Shown: one piece after another, positions 27,890 through 45,273 of the stretch
Layout: each line of letters starts with the position of its first letter
How positions within the stretch are numbered: position 1 is the first letter of the stretch
Assembly (NCBI RefSeq): GCF_009914755.1
Contig: NC_060932.1
Direction: 5' to 3' (one strand)
Length of the DNA stretch: 64,000 nucleotides
DNA from: the human T2T-CHM13v2.0 reference genome, Homo sapiens
Notes under the pieces: generated by a model
Database searches by the model: none
What the model saw: the letters and a program-made list of their open reading frames with translations, nothing else
Told to the model about the DNA's origin: nothing
Position numbers and translations under genes: made by a program

Positions 27890-28418
27890 GAAATAAATAA
27901 ATAAATAACAAAAAGCAAGTGACCAAAAGCAAGCAAGGCAGGTTAAATTTGGCAGAACTAATTTTCAGCCGTAAAGTGCAAGAGTGATGATGCTGGCAAT
28001 TCAGATATGCCAGAGAAGCCTTAAGGTGCTTTAAGTGAAAAGGTGAAAGTTCTCCACTTTAAGGAAAGGAAGAAAATTGTGTGTTGAAGTTGCTAAGATC
28101 TACAGTGAGAACAAATCTTCTAATCTTGAAATTGTGAAGAACTATGCTACTGTTGCAGTCACACCAAACTGCAACAGTTACAGCCACAGTGCGTGATTTT
28201 TATTATAATACATTGCTACAATTACCCTATTTTGTTATCATTATTGTTAATCTGTGCCTAATTTGTAAATAAAACTTCATTGTATATGTATGTATAGGAA
28301 AAAACAGTATATAACCTGTTCAGTACTAGCTCAGGATTCAGGCATCCACTGGGAGGGGTTGGGGGCGGGACGCGGGCATGTCTTAGAACTTAACCCCCGT
28401 GGATAAGGGGGAACTAAT
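27890..28418 (+). mobile_element. Tigger2-type DNA transposon remnant (MER8/MER28-like)
   Basis: AAGTGAAAAGGTGAAAGTTCTC and terminal TTCAGGCATCCACTGGG...CCCCCGTGGATAAGGGGGAACTA. Confidence 0.72.
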
Positions 28419-30293
28419 GTGCTCTTATAGGGAGTTTAGTTATGAACAAATCCTGTTTATGTCCTTGTCTGGCATTTGGGAGGGGCTGACTGATAGGCTG
28501 AGTGAAAGAGAACCATTAAAAATGGGAGAAAAGATAATCGAAGGCAGGGCTAGGTTAGGGTGGAGCAAGAGAGCTGCTGTGGGTATAAAACTTAAGAGGC
28601 GCTCACCACCAGGCAAAGAGTGGGTGCTACTGAATACCCTAAGAGCCTTGTTTGACCTCCCTAATGCCTGTCTTGAGTAAGAGGTCAGTGGAGAGGAATC
28701 CGAATATAGGAGCAGGGCCTGCACTGCAGGAGGGGAGACATGCCCCCTGTAATACACTGGAATGTAGGAACCCGAGGGAGTCTGCATGTTGCACATGCCT
28801 AACATTTACTTGGGATGAGGAGGAACTACTGTGAATAAGAAAAAAGCCGTTAGACAAGTGAGTTGACAAGGTGGTTTGAGGGTAGCATTAAGATCTTAGA
28901 TCTTTTAGAACTTTTTGGTTTCACCTTTTATTTCAAAAATTGGCAAACAGTTCAAAGAATAGTGAATACAGATCAATAGTCGTTAACATCGTAAGATTTG
29001 GATATTTGTAGTACTCGTAATCCGGGATTATCTTAAGCCAATTTCAGGATTTGAGATGATTTAAAACCAGACTACAGGCCTGTGAGGGTCATTATAACTT
29101 CTGATTCACCCTTAATCTAGATGCAGCTCTTTGGGTCTCAGCGCAAGGTGTAGGGGTTTTACCAAACCCCCTTGTCTCTTTGAGGCTTCTCAATTTTCGT
29201 CCTGTTTAGTGTGTACTAAATTTGATAAAAGCCTTGTGGGAAGATGGTCTCAAATGCTAGACTCATCTCTCTAGGTGTCAGTCTTAATCTAGAATCTCAG
29301 CCCGGTAATTCTTAATTGCCTTGATAGCTCCCATGGACTTGATGGGGGTGTGGAAATTGAGAGAGAGAGAGAGTTATAAAAGTAATACATATTTATTGTT
29401 TAAAAAGACTAACGGGCAGTGCCATGAAATTCACAATGAAAAGAAAGAGAAACCAGCAACGCTTTGCAGTACATTTCCTTTTCCATTTTTCAAAGACAGC
29501 TACTTTCAAATCATCTGTTTCTTTTGGTATTTACCTTCATATTTCCAAGCATTGTACATATATTACTTCAGTATAATTGAATGCTATAAAAATCATGCAG
29601 ATGAGTTCTGCTTCTGGAAAGGATACATAAAAGGTAAAATTTTTGACACCATGACTGTCTGAGCATGCCTTTATTATACTGTTACCTTTGACTAATATTT
29701 TAGCTGAGTGTAAAATGCTAGCACAAATATTATTTTTCCTTGAAGGTATTTCCCATTGTTTTCTCAATTCCAGACTGCTGTTGATAAGACTGATTCAGTT
29801 GTCACTTATCATTGTTTGCATGTGATGTGTCTCTATCCTCTTCACCTTGATTACCCACTCTTTTAATATTTTTCCCTTTCGCCAACCATGCTGGAATTCT
29901 GTGATAAGCTTGGTGTAGTGCTGTTTTCGTTCTTGTGCCGGGCCTTTGTGGGGGATTCTTTTGATCTAGAATGCATATCCTTTAGTTTGAGAAACTTTTC
30001 TTTGATTATTTCTTTAATAATATTTTCTCCATTTTGTGTATTCCTGTATTCTTTAACTTCTGTTGATTGGCTGTTGGATCTCCTGGTCTGAGCTCCTGAT
30101 GTTCTTGCCTTTTGTCTCCTGTTGTCCGTCTTCTGGTTCTTCTCTTCTACTACCAGTGAGCTTTTCTCAACTTCATTGTCTGATATTTCTGTAGAAAATT
30201 TTTTTACTTATATCATCTTTTCTTAATTTCCAAGAGCTCTTTAGGATCCTATTAAAAAATAATCTTCTGATCATGTTGCATGAATACAGTATC

Positions 30294-30847
30294 TTTTGTT
30301 TTTTTTTTTTTGGACATGGAGTCTTGCTCTGTTACCCAGGCTGGAGTGCAATGGCACAATCTTGGCTCACTGTAACCGCCACCTCCCGGGTTGAAGTGAT
30401 TCTCCTGCCTCAGCCTCCCGAGTTGCTGAGACTACAGGCACGAACCTCCACGCTTGGCTAATTTTTGTATTTTTAGTAGAGACAGGGTTTTTCCATGTTG
30501 GCCAGGCTAGTCTTGAATTTCTGACCTCATGATCCACCTGCCTCGGCCTCCCAAAGTTCTGGGATTACAGGTGTGAACTACCACACCCAGTTTCCTTTGG
30601 TTTTAATTAGCTGAATTTTTCCAACTTTTTGAATGATTGCACTTATTTTCAACCTTCTTACTTTGTATTTATGCATTTAAGATTACAGGCGTCCGCCACC
30701 TTGCACCCGGATAATTTTTGTATTTTTAGTAGAGACAGGGTTTCACGAGGTTGGCTAGGCTGGTCTCAAACTGCTGACCTCAGGTGATCCACCCGCCTCG
30801 GCCTCCCAGAGTGCTGGGATTACAGGCGTGAGCCACCATGCCCAGCC
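30294..30847 (-). mobile_element. Antisense Alu plus adjacent partial Alu
   Basis: Full Alu ~30294-30590; second partial copy ~30681-30847. Confidence 0.88.
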
Positions 30848-31265
30848 ATGGATACAGTATCTTAAGATATGAGGTATTTTTAATTTTGGTTAAATATGTG
30901 TTCTGTTTTCTCTGTTGCCTCTGAATTTCATTTGGTTTTATTTTTTTGATGTAGAAAGCTTTTCTGAAATGTCCATTATTATCTGACTCTTTCCATCTTT
31001 AAAAATGTGGTGCCTTCTCATGGCCACATTTTCTCTTCTGTCCTCTTTATCCTTGCAGGGCTCCAACTCTATTCTTTCAGTAACACTTCAGAGGGTTTTT
31101 AGAGGGAGTAGATGTGAACTTGTGTGTATGATTCACCGTTGTAACTGGAACAGATATGTTTTAAGCAGCGTTATACATTCCTTTGAGTGTTTCTCTGTCA
31201 GATTTTGAGAAACAGAATTGCTGGGGTAGAGGTTTTTTGATCAGTTGTAGTTAAGTTGTGAATGA

Positions 31266-31424
<159 letters not shown>

Positions 31425-31831
31425 TAAGCAGTTTCTCTCTTACTTTTTTTCCTTAAGTATCTAGTATTGAAAATGTGTGGAGATATTTTTCACAGGTCGG
31501 AGAACCAGATAAAGTTTGATTTTCATCTTTTCTCTGCCTCTTACCTCACCAAGTAATTTACATCCTCCAGCCTCAATTTCTGTGGTTCAAAAATGGTCAT
31601 GCTATAATACCTAACTCTGCCTAGGGGGAAAAGGAGCCTGCAGGTCCTGAAGCTGGGTATGCAAGGTGGACTTAGGAAGCAAGAGGGAATGTGATGAAGC
31701 AGATTGTGTTAGTCAGCAAGCGCTGCTGTAACAAAGGACCACAGAATGGGTCGCTTGAGCAACAGAAAAGGACTTTCTCACAACTCTGGAGGCAGGAAGT
31801 CCAGTATCAAGTTGTCCACAGGGTTGGTATC

Positions 31832-32197
31832 TTCTTTTTTTTTTTTTTTGAGACAAAGTCTTGCTCTGTCATCCAAGCTAGAGTGCAGTAGCTGGATCTT
31901 GGGTCACTGCAGCCTCAGCCTCCTAGGCTCAAGTGATTCTTATGCCTCAGCCTCCCAAGTAGCTGGGATTCATCTCAACCTTTGCCTCCTGGGCTCAAGT
32001 GATTCTCCTGCTTCTGCCTCCCGAGTAGCTGGGATTACAGGCACGCACCACCATGCCTGGCTAATTTTTGCATTTTTGGTAGAGACGGGGTTTCATCATG
32101 TTGGCCAGGCTGGTCTCAAACTTCTGACCTCAGGTGATCCACCTGCCTCGGCCTCCCAAAGTGCTAGGATTACAGGTGTGAGCCACCGTGCGCGGCC
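31832..32197 (-). mobile_element. Composite antisense Alu with a duplicated right-arm segment
   Basis: CCTCCT(A/G)GGCTCAAGTGATTCT...GTAGCTGGGATT occurs twice in tandem (~31919-31970 and ~31985-32036). Confidence 0.85.
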
Positions 32198-32199
32198 CA

Positions 32200-34500
<2,301 letters not shown>

Positions 34501-35113
34501 CACACTGTCATTATGTGGGCAGTTGCTTAGATGCGCCCTTTAAGCCTCAGGTGCAGGCTGATTTGTTTGCCTCAAACACATGTTGTTCAGGGGTCAGCCA
34601 GAGACTTGAACTTCTATACTCAGAATTTGGGGTTTCTCCTATGGTTCTCTTACTTCCTGAGTCCTTACCTCATTTCTCTAGTAGCCCTAGCTGCCCAGTC
34701 TCCTTCCCCTGGTCTCTTCAGCGAGAAAGGAGGCCGGAGCTTCTGCTTGAGTGCTTGCTGCGCCACACCAGCTCCCTCAGAGACTGTGGCTGCCTTTAGG
34801 GGACAGACAGAAAAAGTGGTGATGCCCAGATTCTTTTGCTTCCTTTTAAAATTTGCCTGTTCTTTCTTTTTCTTTTATTTCCCTCCAGCTTTCAAAGCTC
34901 TCACATAGTTGGTTTATTTTATTTTATTTTTCCTGTATTTCCAGGACGTATAGCTTATAGTTCACCTATATTTGTATATTGGTTTGTTAGGCATAAACAG
35001 AAATGGAACTTAGTATGTTATTTTTGAAGCATCTGATGCCAGTCTAATTCTTCTTCCCTTCAAAATTATTTGATCTTTTTGGAGACTCCTTAGGGATATT
35101 TTTTATTTTATCA

Positions 35114-35401
35114 TTTTTTTTTTGAGACGGAGTCTCGCTCTGTCGCCAGGCTGGAGTGCAGTGGCGCGATCTGTGCTCACTGCAACCTCCTACTCCCTGG
35201 TTCAGCGATTCTCCTGCCTCAGCCTCCCGAGTAGCTGGGATCACAGGCACGTGCCACCACGCCCAGCTAATTTTTGTATTTTTAGTGGACACGGGGTTTC
35301 ACCATGTTGGCCAGGATGATCCCGATCTTCTGACCTCGTGATCTGCCTGCCTCAGCCTCCCAAAGTACTGGGATTGTAGGCGTGAGCCACAGTGCCCGGC
35401 C
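35114..35401 (-). mobile_element. AluSc-like, antisense
   Basis: Full Alu; flanks GGATATTTTTT/GGATTTTTTT. Confidence 0.92.
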
Positions 35402-35644
35402 AGGATTTTTTTTTTAAGACTCATGGCTTTACTGTAATATGTTTTGAATTGATCATTCCAGTTCTGGCTTGGCCTTTTCAACAGATTCAGGTCTATATTT
35501 CTGCAAAAGTTTCTGGGATTATAGTTTTAAATATTCTGCTTCGTTGTTTTGCTTTTCTTCTGGGACTCCAATTATGTTTACGTTGGGCCTGCTTAGCTAT
35601 CTTTTATTTCAGTCACTTTGACTTCAACCCTTTTATATTTATAT

Positions 35645-35671
35645 ACACATACACACACACACACACACACA

Positions 35672-35703
<32 letters not shown>
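35645..35703. repeat. (CA)n microsatellite with a GA interruption
   Basis: Direct reading. Confidence 0.95.
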
Positions 35704-35705
<2 letters not shown>

Positions 35706-35732
35706 TTTTACCCCAAATACTTATTTGACAGT

Positions 35733-36310
<578 letters not shown>

Positions 36311-37284
36311 TGATAATATTTGATTCAAGTTCAAGGGTTTTGTTATATTCTTCAGTTTTGTGTTTGCTTTTATTTTAGGGAGTGTGATGGGTTTTCCTCA
36401 GCTGAAATGATTTGCTTTTTCTTTGTTTTTTTAAAATAGATTTTTAAAATGGATGTAGTCTATTCTATTTCCATTCATTGCATAGGCCAGGCTTGTGGCC
36501 AGAGCGTCCTCTTCTGTCAGTTCTGCTGTCTTGCATAGTTTCTTTTATAGGTGACGCTGGTGAGGGAGGGAGGAGGGAGGGGCTCGTGTATCTCGTTTGC
36601 GTTTTGTTTCTATAGGATCCTTAAATGTTTTTCTCTTAGTTTCTTCTTTTTTTCACTGCCATTGGTTCAAGGGCTGCCACTCCCCCCAGAACTGATGTTT
36701 TTCAGAGCCTGCCTGTCCTAGTCTTGCTCCCATTCAGACCCCTTCCCTGGAGTGGGTGCTGTGAGCTGTGTGGGTTCTCTGTTGTGGCAGTTGTGCTGGG
36801 TGTCCTCTTTCTGAGACTTCTTTTACCTGTGCTTCATGTAAGTTCTCCAGGCTGTACTACTTTTTATGGAGTCTTAAGCGTATTCTCCCCGACTTTCTGC
36901 ATCCATAGACTTGCAGCTGTGTTGGAATTTGATTATTTTTCTACTTATAGGTCATCTGAATTTGCGCTGTTATCTCCGTGTCAGTGAGAATGTAGGTCAT
37001 ATGTGTCTTTTATTTAAGTTTCTTTTTTATTTTCTGCTTTTTTTTCGGGGAGGGAATGGGGTAAGACTCAGTATCAGCCAGCCATCATTGTTTTCTCTAC
37101 CTCATCTTCTTATGGAGTCCATTGAAATGGCTTATTGATTTTTATCTCAAAATCGATCTCTCATAGATCTTTATCTCTGCTGTTACAGTCGAGACAAGTA
37201 TCATGTCTTGCTTCAGTTACTGTAGCAGCCTCATGCCTGTCTGTTTCATTTTGTTTCTTATACATAAGCAAATGTAACCCCTTT

Positions 37285-37903
37285 TGTTACCAGTGGAAGG
37301 TATCCAAGTTACCGGCAGCAAACACGTATGGGTTTGCAGCAACTTCAGTTCTTGCTTCCTCAAAAGAAAGAATTCCACGGAGGAGCATAAGGCAAAAGAA
37401 GAGCCTGACGCAAGGGTCAGAGCAGGAGCAGAAGTTTATTTAAAAGGCGTCAGAACAGAAAGAAAGGAAAGTACACTGGGAAGAGTCCCAGGCGGGCATG
37501 GAGGTCTAATTTGATGTTTAACCTTGATCCTGGGATTTGTAGGCTCGCCCTTTTCCGCAGTTCTTCCCTTAGGGTGGGCTGCCCGCATGCACAGTGCGGG
37601 AATTGAGCACAGGCAGCTTGTTTAGGAAGTTGTGTGGGTGCCCATCTGAAGCTTTCTTCCCGTTTCTCCGCCATTTTGTCTCTTAATGTGCATGCCCGGG
37701 AAATGGCCTCTCCCTGGCGTCTGCATTCAGTTAACACTTTAGCACAACAGGTGTGGACTGTCAGGAAATGGCCTCTCCCTGGCTCTGGCTGCCAATTTAT
37801 CACTTTTAGAGAGGCAATGTGATAATTGTTGAGCTATCACCCAACATTCCTAGTGGGTGGTAGAGGCCTCTCCTGCCGGGCTTATGCCTAACTACCTGTG
37901 ATA
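37285..37903 (-). mobile_element. MER51-like ERV1 solo LTR, antisense to MCPH1
   Basis: TGTTACCAGTGGAAGGTATCCAAGTTACCGGC...GGAGCAGAAGTTTATT...CTAACTACCTGTGATA; flanks CTTT/CTTC. Confidence 0.8.
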
Positions 37904-37964
37904 CTTCAACACATGGATCAGCTTTATCCTTCTGACAAAATGGCTTAGAGTTCAGTGGTCTATA

Positions 37965-38290
37965 GCAGAGAATGGCCAACTATCATCCCCCAGCCAAATC
38001 CACCCTGCCATACTGTTTATTTTTTTTTAATGGCCCATGAGGTAAGAATGGTTAAGAGAAAAAAAAAATTCAAATGTTTACTATTTCATGATATTTACAT
38101 TATATGAAATTCAATTTTAGTATCCATAAATACCGTTTTATTGGAACACAGGCATGTTCATCTGACGATGTAGTCAGTGGCTGCCTCTGTACTACAGCTG
38201 TAGATTTGGATCCTGTGGCAGAGACCTTACGGCCCATGAAGCCTAAGGCATTCACTACTTTCCCCTTTACAGAAGTTTGCTGACCCAGGT
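37965..38290 (+). mobile_element. MER58B-like DNA transposon
   Basis: GCCAAATCC..., TTTTATTGGAACACAG, TTTACAGAAGTTTGCTGACCC. Confidence 0.75.
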
Positions 38291-39132
38291 CCAGTGTGCT
38301 GCATGATGGTCCCCTTCCCTTCCATTGTCAGCTGCTCCCCTCTCCCTTGTTTGCGTCTTCCAAATGCTCTAGGCTTCCACGTCCCCAAGGCTACACTCTT
38401 TCTGCCTTTAGTTCTTGGCCTGTGCTGAGAACTCTGCCCCGTCTTCCTGATTCTAAACCCAGTTTTGTAGTCAGCTCCTTTATACATGTTGCATTGCAAG
38501 GTCGCTTTATCAGAAGAGCTTCCTCTGTCCCCAGTTCACAGTTCAAGCCCTATTTGTTATTCTCTGTCTCAGCTCCTTTTTTCCTGTGTGTACTATTAAA
38601 ACTTATTTTGTTCATTTGACTGCTTTATCTGTCTGTGTATCTAATCATGCATTTTGTCTTTCTATTGTAATGTGGATTCCAAGAGCAGCTACCTGTCTGT
38701 CTTATTTATGGTTGTGTTTCTAGTAAGTCTAACATTCATCTGGCTCATAGTAGATGCTCAGTAAATATTTGTTCTAACAAATTATGAACAAAGGAAAATT
38801 TAGTTAAGTGGCGTAGAGATACTAGAGAAAATATCATGGGGGAAAATGATTTGAAAAAAACTACATTTTAAAAGTCGTATAGAAATGTGGAGGGGAGAGT
38901 GCAGAAACAGAGACCTTTACTAGAAGCTTGAAGTAAATGGAGATGCATGGACAAAATTAAAATAGTAGCCATTTCTGTACCTAATAGGGCCTCTCAGCTA
39001 ACCCTACAGTGGGGATGGTCACTGGTAGTGTGTTCTGCTGAGAGTTAGGGATTCTTACTCTGCTTTGCTGGCCCAGCCCCTGACTCATTCTCTATCCCCT
39101 TTCTCTCTCTCTCTATTTCTGCCCACCACTAA

Positions 39133-39975
<843 letters not shown>

Positions 39976-42900
39976 CCATACACTTTAGTCAACTTTTTAT
40001 TACAGGTCATTTTTTTGCCTGTACATGCAGATACATCCCACTTTATATATATAAGAATATTTTGTAGTAGCTGTCCAGTAATTTATGTAAGCAGTGTCCT
40101 ATTGGTGATTGAAGTTTTTCATTTCTTAGTTATTTTTTTCAATTAGAAATATTACAGCATTGAGCTTCTGTATGTATTACCTTTTTGCGGGTGATAAATC
40201 TTTCCATAGGTTTAAATCCCCAAAGTGGGCTGTTCATTTCTGAGAGTTTACACATTTAAATATGATAGATGCTGCCAAATTATCTTCTGGAAGGAGTGTA
40301 CTGGTTTCCATTCTCACTGGAATTATCAAAAAAATGCATGTTTCCCAATACCTTTGCTAATGTTGTGAGTTATCAGTTCTTTTTTCTAATTTGTAGAAGA
40401 AAAATAATAGTTTTTATTTGCATTTCTCTGACTTTTAGTGAGCTTGAATTTTCTTCAGCAGAGCATAGAGATAAGAGCCAAACTGACCTGCATTTTTTAT
40501 GTCACGTCTGTCCTTTCTTGGTGAACTGCCTGCCTTTCCAATGCAGTAGCTCATGGTTTCCACTGAAAATGTGAACATTAACTTCATAAGGTCACTAGGT
40601 GTCACTAGAATCCCATTCTGTTGGGTTCCTTCTGGGAGTGTTCATTTTAAGATCAGATGGCAATTGATAAAATTCTGACATTTCCTTTGGATGTAGAAAT
40701 TTTTACCTTGAAGAAAGAATACATAAAGTTGAAATAAAGGTCAGCTTGGCCCCCACTCTAAGTTCTGTTGAAGACAATTTATCATTTTTAAACAACTGCA
40801 AACTAACAGCTAGGTGGGGAATACGGTTCACAGGCTTTGTCCTTGCTAGGCTGAGAGTTGGTTGCTGACCGAAGGCCATCACCCCCTGCATTTAGTGTTT
40901 GCTGGAAACAGGGACATATTCCTGCATAACCACAACACAGGCCGACATTAGGGGCTTACCACGGCTCCTTTCCTCCCGGAATCCTCAGACTCCATTCCTA
41001 TCCTACCAGCAGCCAGCTCCACTTCCCGCCTCCTCAGCCTTCTCACCCTGCAGCCATTCCTTAGTCTTTCACTGGCTTTTGTGACTTTGACACTGTTTAA
41101 GGTCACTGACCAGTGATAGGAACGTCCCTCAGTTTGGAACGGTCTGATGTGTCCTCCTAATATCACATCAATGTGTAACAGTGGATGTGTAGCCATTTAG
41201 GACTGGGCAAATTACTCAACTGCTGGGCTCTAGGTTCCTCCAGTAGCTCCTGAGTTAACTTCCTACGGTTATTTAGTGCTAGACCACAGAAGTTCGCTCT
41301 CTGCTGGCAGAGCACTGTTGTGCAGACTTCTCTGAGTCTCCTGTGTTCTTCCTTGTGTGTCAGGGACACACGTGAAGGATAGCGTGCTTCGCGGCTGGAA
41401 TCTTCAAGGAGATGCCATTCACTTTTTTACCTCACTAACACAGTGCCGTTTACAAAAAAGATTAATGTACTTTTCCTGAATTGACTTACTGACTGGGCCT
41501 AGAGAATAAGATACTGGTGCTGGGCAGTTTGGCACAAGAGTAGTATAAAGAATGCAGGATTGGCCCAGGTGAAGGCATCGTCCTAAGGGTAGAATGGGAG
41601 TCGGTGGTTCCTGGCCGACCTAGCAGGTGTACTGTGGGAAGTGCTGGAGTGAATCGGCTCTCTGGGGAGAATAAGCTCATCACAGCAGGGCTTCCCGAGG
41701 AGAACGTTGCTGCTTTGATTTCTGTTGGCTCTGAGGCAGCAGCAGGTCAAATAGTTGGTTCTCTGTTTAGAGACATCTCTTGAAACACTTTTCGTTTTGA
41801 CCACTAGATGGTGGGATAATGTTATCATTTTACATTTCTGAAGAAAAATAGAAATCTAACTGGAAGCTTTTTTGTCTGTTCAGTAGATTTTGGTTGGACC
41901 CCTGGTAAACATGGGTTTCAGTGTAGCAGCTTTAATGTGTTACCACGTGTGCTAAAGCATAGCTGTTGGCATGCAGAACGGCATTACCAGCAGTAAGTGC
42001 CACTTACTTCTTCATAGTGAGTGATGATAGTTACACCCAGGTAGATGAAATTCAGGGAGAGCATCTCTGTGCACCTTACATCTTATCACTCTGAAGGATA
42101 TGTGGTTGGGAAGCTTCTCCCAAAGGAACAGAACACATCTTCCACAACTGTATAACCTATGTCAGGCACACGTTTTCCTGGGTTGAATCAAGCCCTTCCT
42201 TAAACTGCTAACTTAAAGAATACTTACTGGTTTTGTAAAGTTTGGCAAATGATCTTCTCTGCTCCTCGGTTTTCTGTGTTGTGCAATAGGAGGCAATGGT
42301 AGTGGCTTTTCCAGCACGGTTGGTGTGAGGCTTCTCATGAGCTGGGTGACCTTTGTCCTGATGATGGTGGTGATTTTAATACTGTGTATTTGATAACACG
42401 ATTATCTAGGGTCTCCTCTACGTCTTTCGTCCAGATGCATCTCAGCCACCCCCCTTTTGCTGTTCCCTTAGGCATAATAGTGGTAAATCGGTGACATTTT
42501 GCTTGAGTAAGAAGAAGCTGCTAAAAACTTCTCATGCTTAAAATTGGTAATTAAGGGGACTTTTTAAAAAGAAGCACAGTTAAAAAACATTTCCTTCCTC
42601 GTTCTCTTCCACCCGCCTCCCTTTCCCATCACTTTTATTAGATACAGCATTCTGCTCACCCCATTATTGCAGGCTCAGATAGTTGGTTTGTTTTTTTAAA
42701 ATCAGCTTTATAAAAACATTTACATAAAATAAAATGGACCCATTTTAAGTGTACATTCACGGATTTTTTGTGTATACCTGTGTCACCACCACAACCAAAA
42801 TACAGAGCATTTTCATCACCCCAAAATCTCCTTCGTGTCCATTTGCTGTCGGCCTCCCTGCCCCCTCCTCCCACCCCAGGGCAGCCACAGATCTGGTTTC

Positions 42901-43427
42901 TGTCATTAAAGATTAGTGTCACCAATTCTGGGGCTTCAGATCAGTGGAATCATCCAGCGTGTACTATTTTGTGCCTGACATCACTGAAGGTGATGTTTTT
43001 GCGATCTGTCCGTGTTGTTTGTAGCAGTGGTTTCACTTCCTTTTATAGCTGAGTAGTATTCTATTGTAGGCATGTAGCTTGGTGCCACCAGTTGATGGAG
43101 ATTGGGCTAGTTTGCCATTTTAGGTTATTATGAATAAAGTTACAATGGACATTTACATTTGTGTCTTTGTATGCTTTCATTTCTCTTGGGTCATTACCCA
43201 AACTTTTCCAAGGTGGTTATGGCACTGTATATTCCCACCAGCAGTGTTCCTTTCACTCCACGTCTTCACCAATAGTTGAAATTTATCCATCTTTTGAATT
43301 TTAGCCATTCAAGCAGATGTGTAGTGGTATTTCATGGTTTTTTTTTTCCCAACATTGTTTTAAGATCTAATTCATATGCTACACAATTTGTCCAATTAAA
43401 GTATACAATTCAGTGGTTTTAAATATA

Positions 43428-44937
<1,510 letters not shown>

Positions 44938-45249
44938 GATTCACAGAGTTGTGCAACCGTCACCACAATTTAAAAACATTTTCGTCACCTCAAAATGAAA
45001 CTTGCACCCCTTAGCCCTATCCCCTATTCTCCCGCCAGCCAAGGCAGCCTCTAGTAGTCTACTTTCTTTCTCTGTGGATTTTCCTTTTCTGGACATTTCC
45101 AATAAGCGGAATCATATGATATACGGCCTTCATGTCTGGCTTCTTTCTCTTAGCATAATGTTTTCAAGGTTCAGCATGTTGTCATCTGTATTAGAATTTC
45201 ATTTCTTTTTATGGTGGAATCATGTTCCATTGTATGGACACGTGCGCAC

Positions 45250-45273
45250 GCACACACACACACACACACACAC
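45250..45273. repeat. (CA)n microsatellite
   Basis: Direct reading. Confidence 0.9.
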
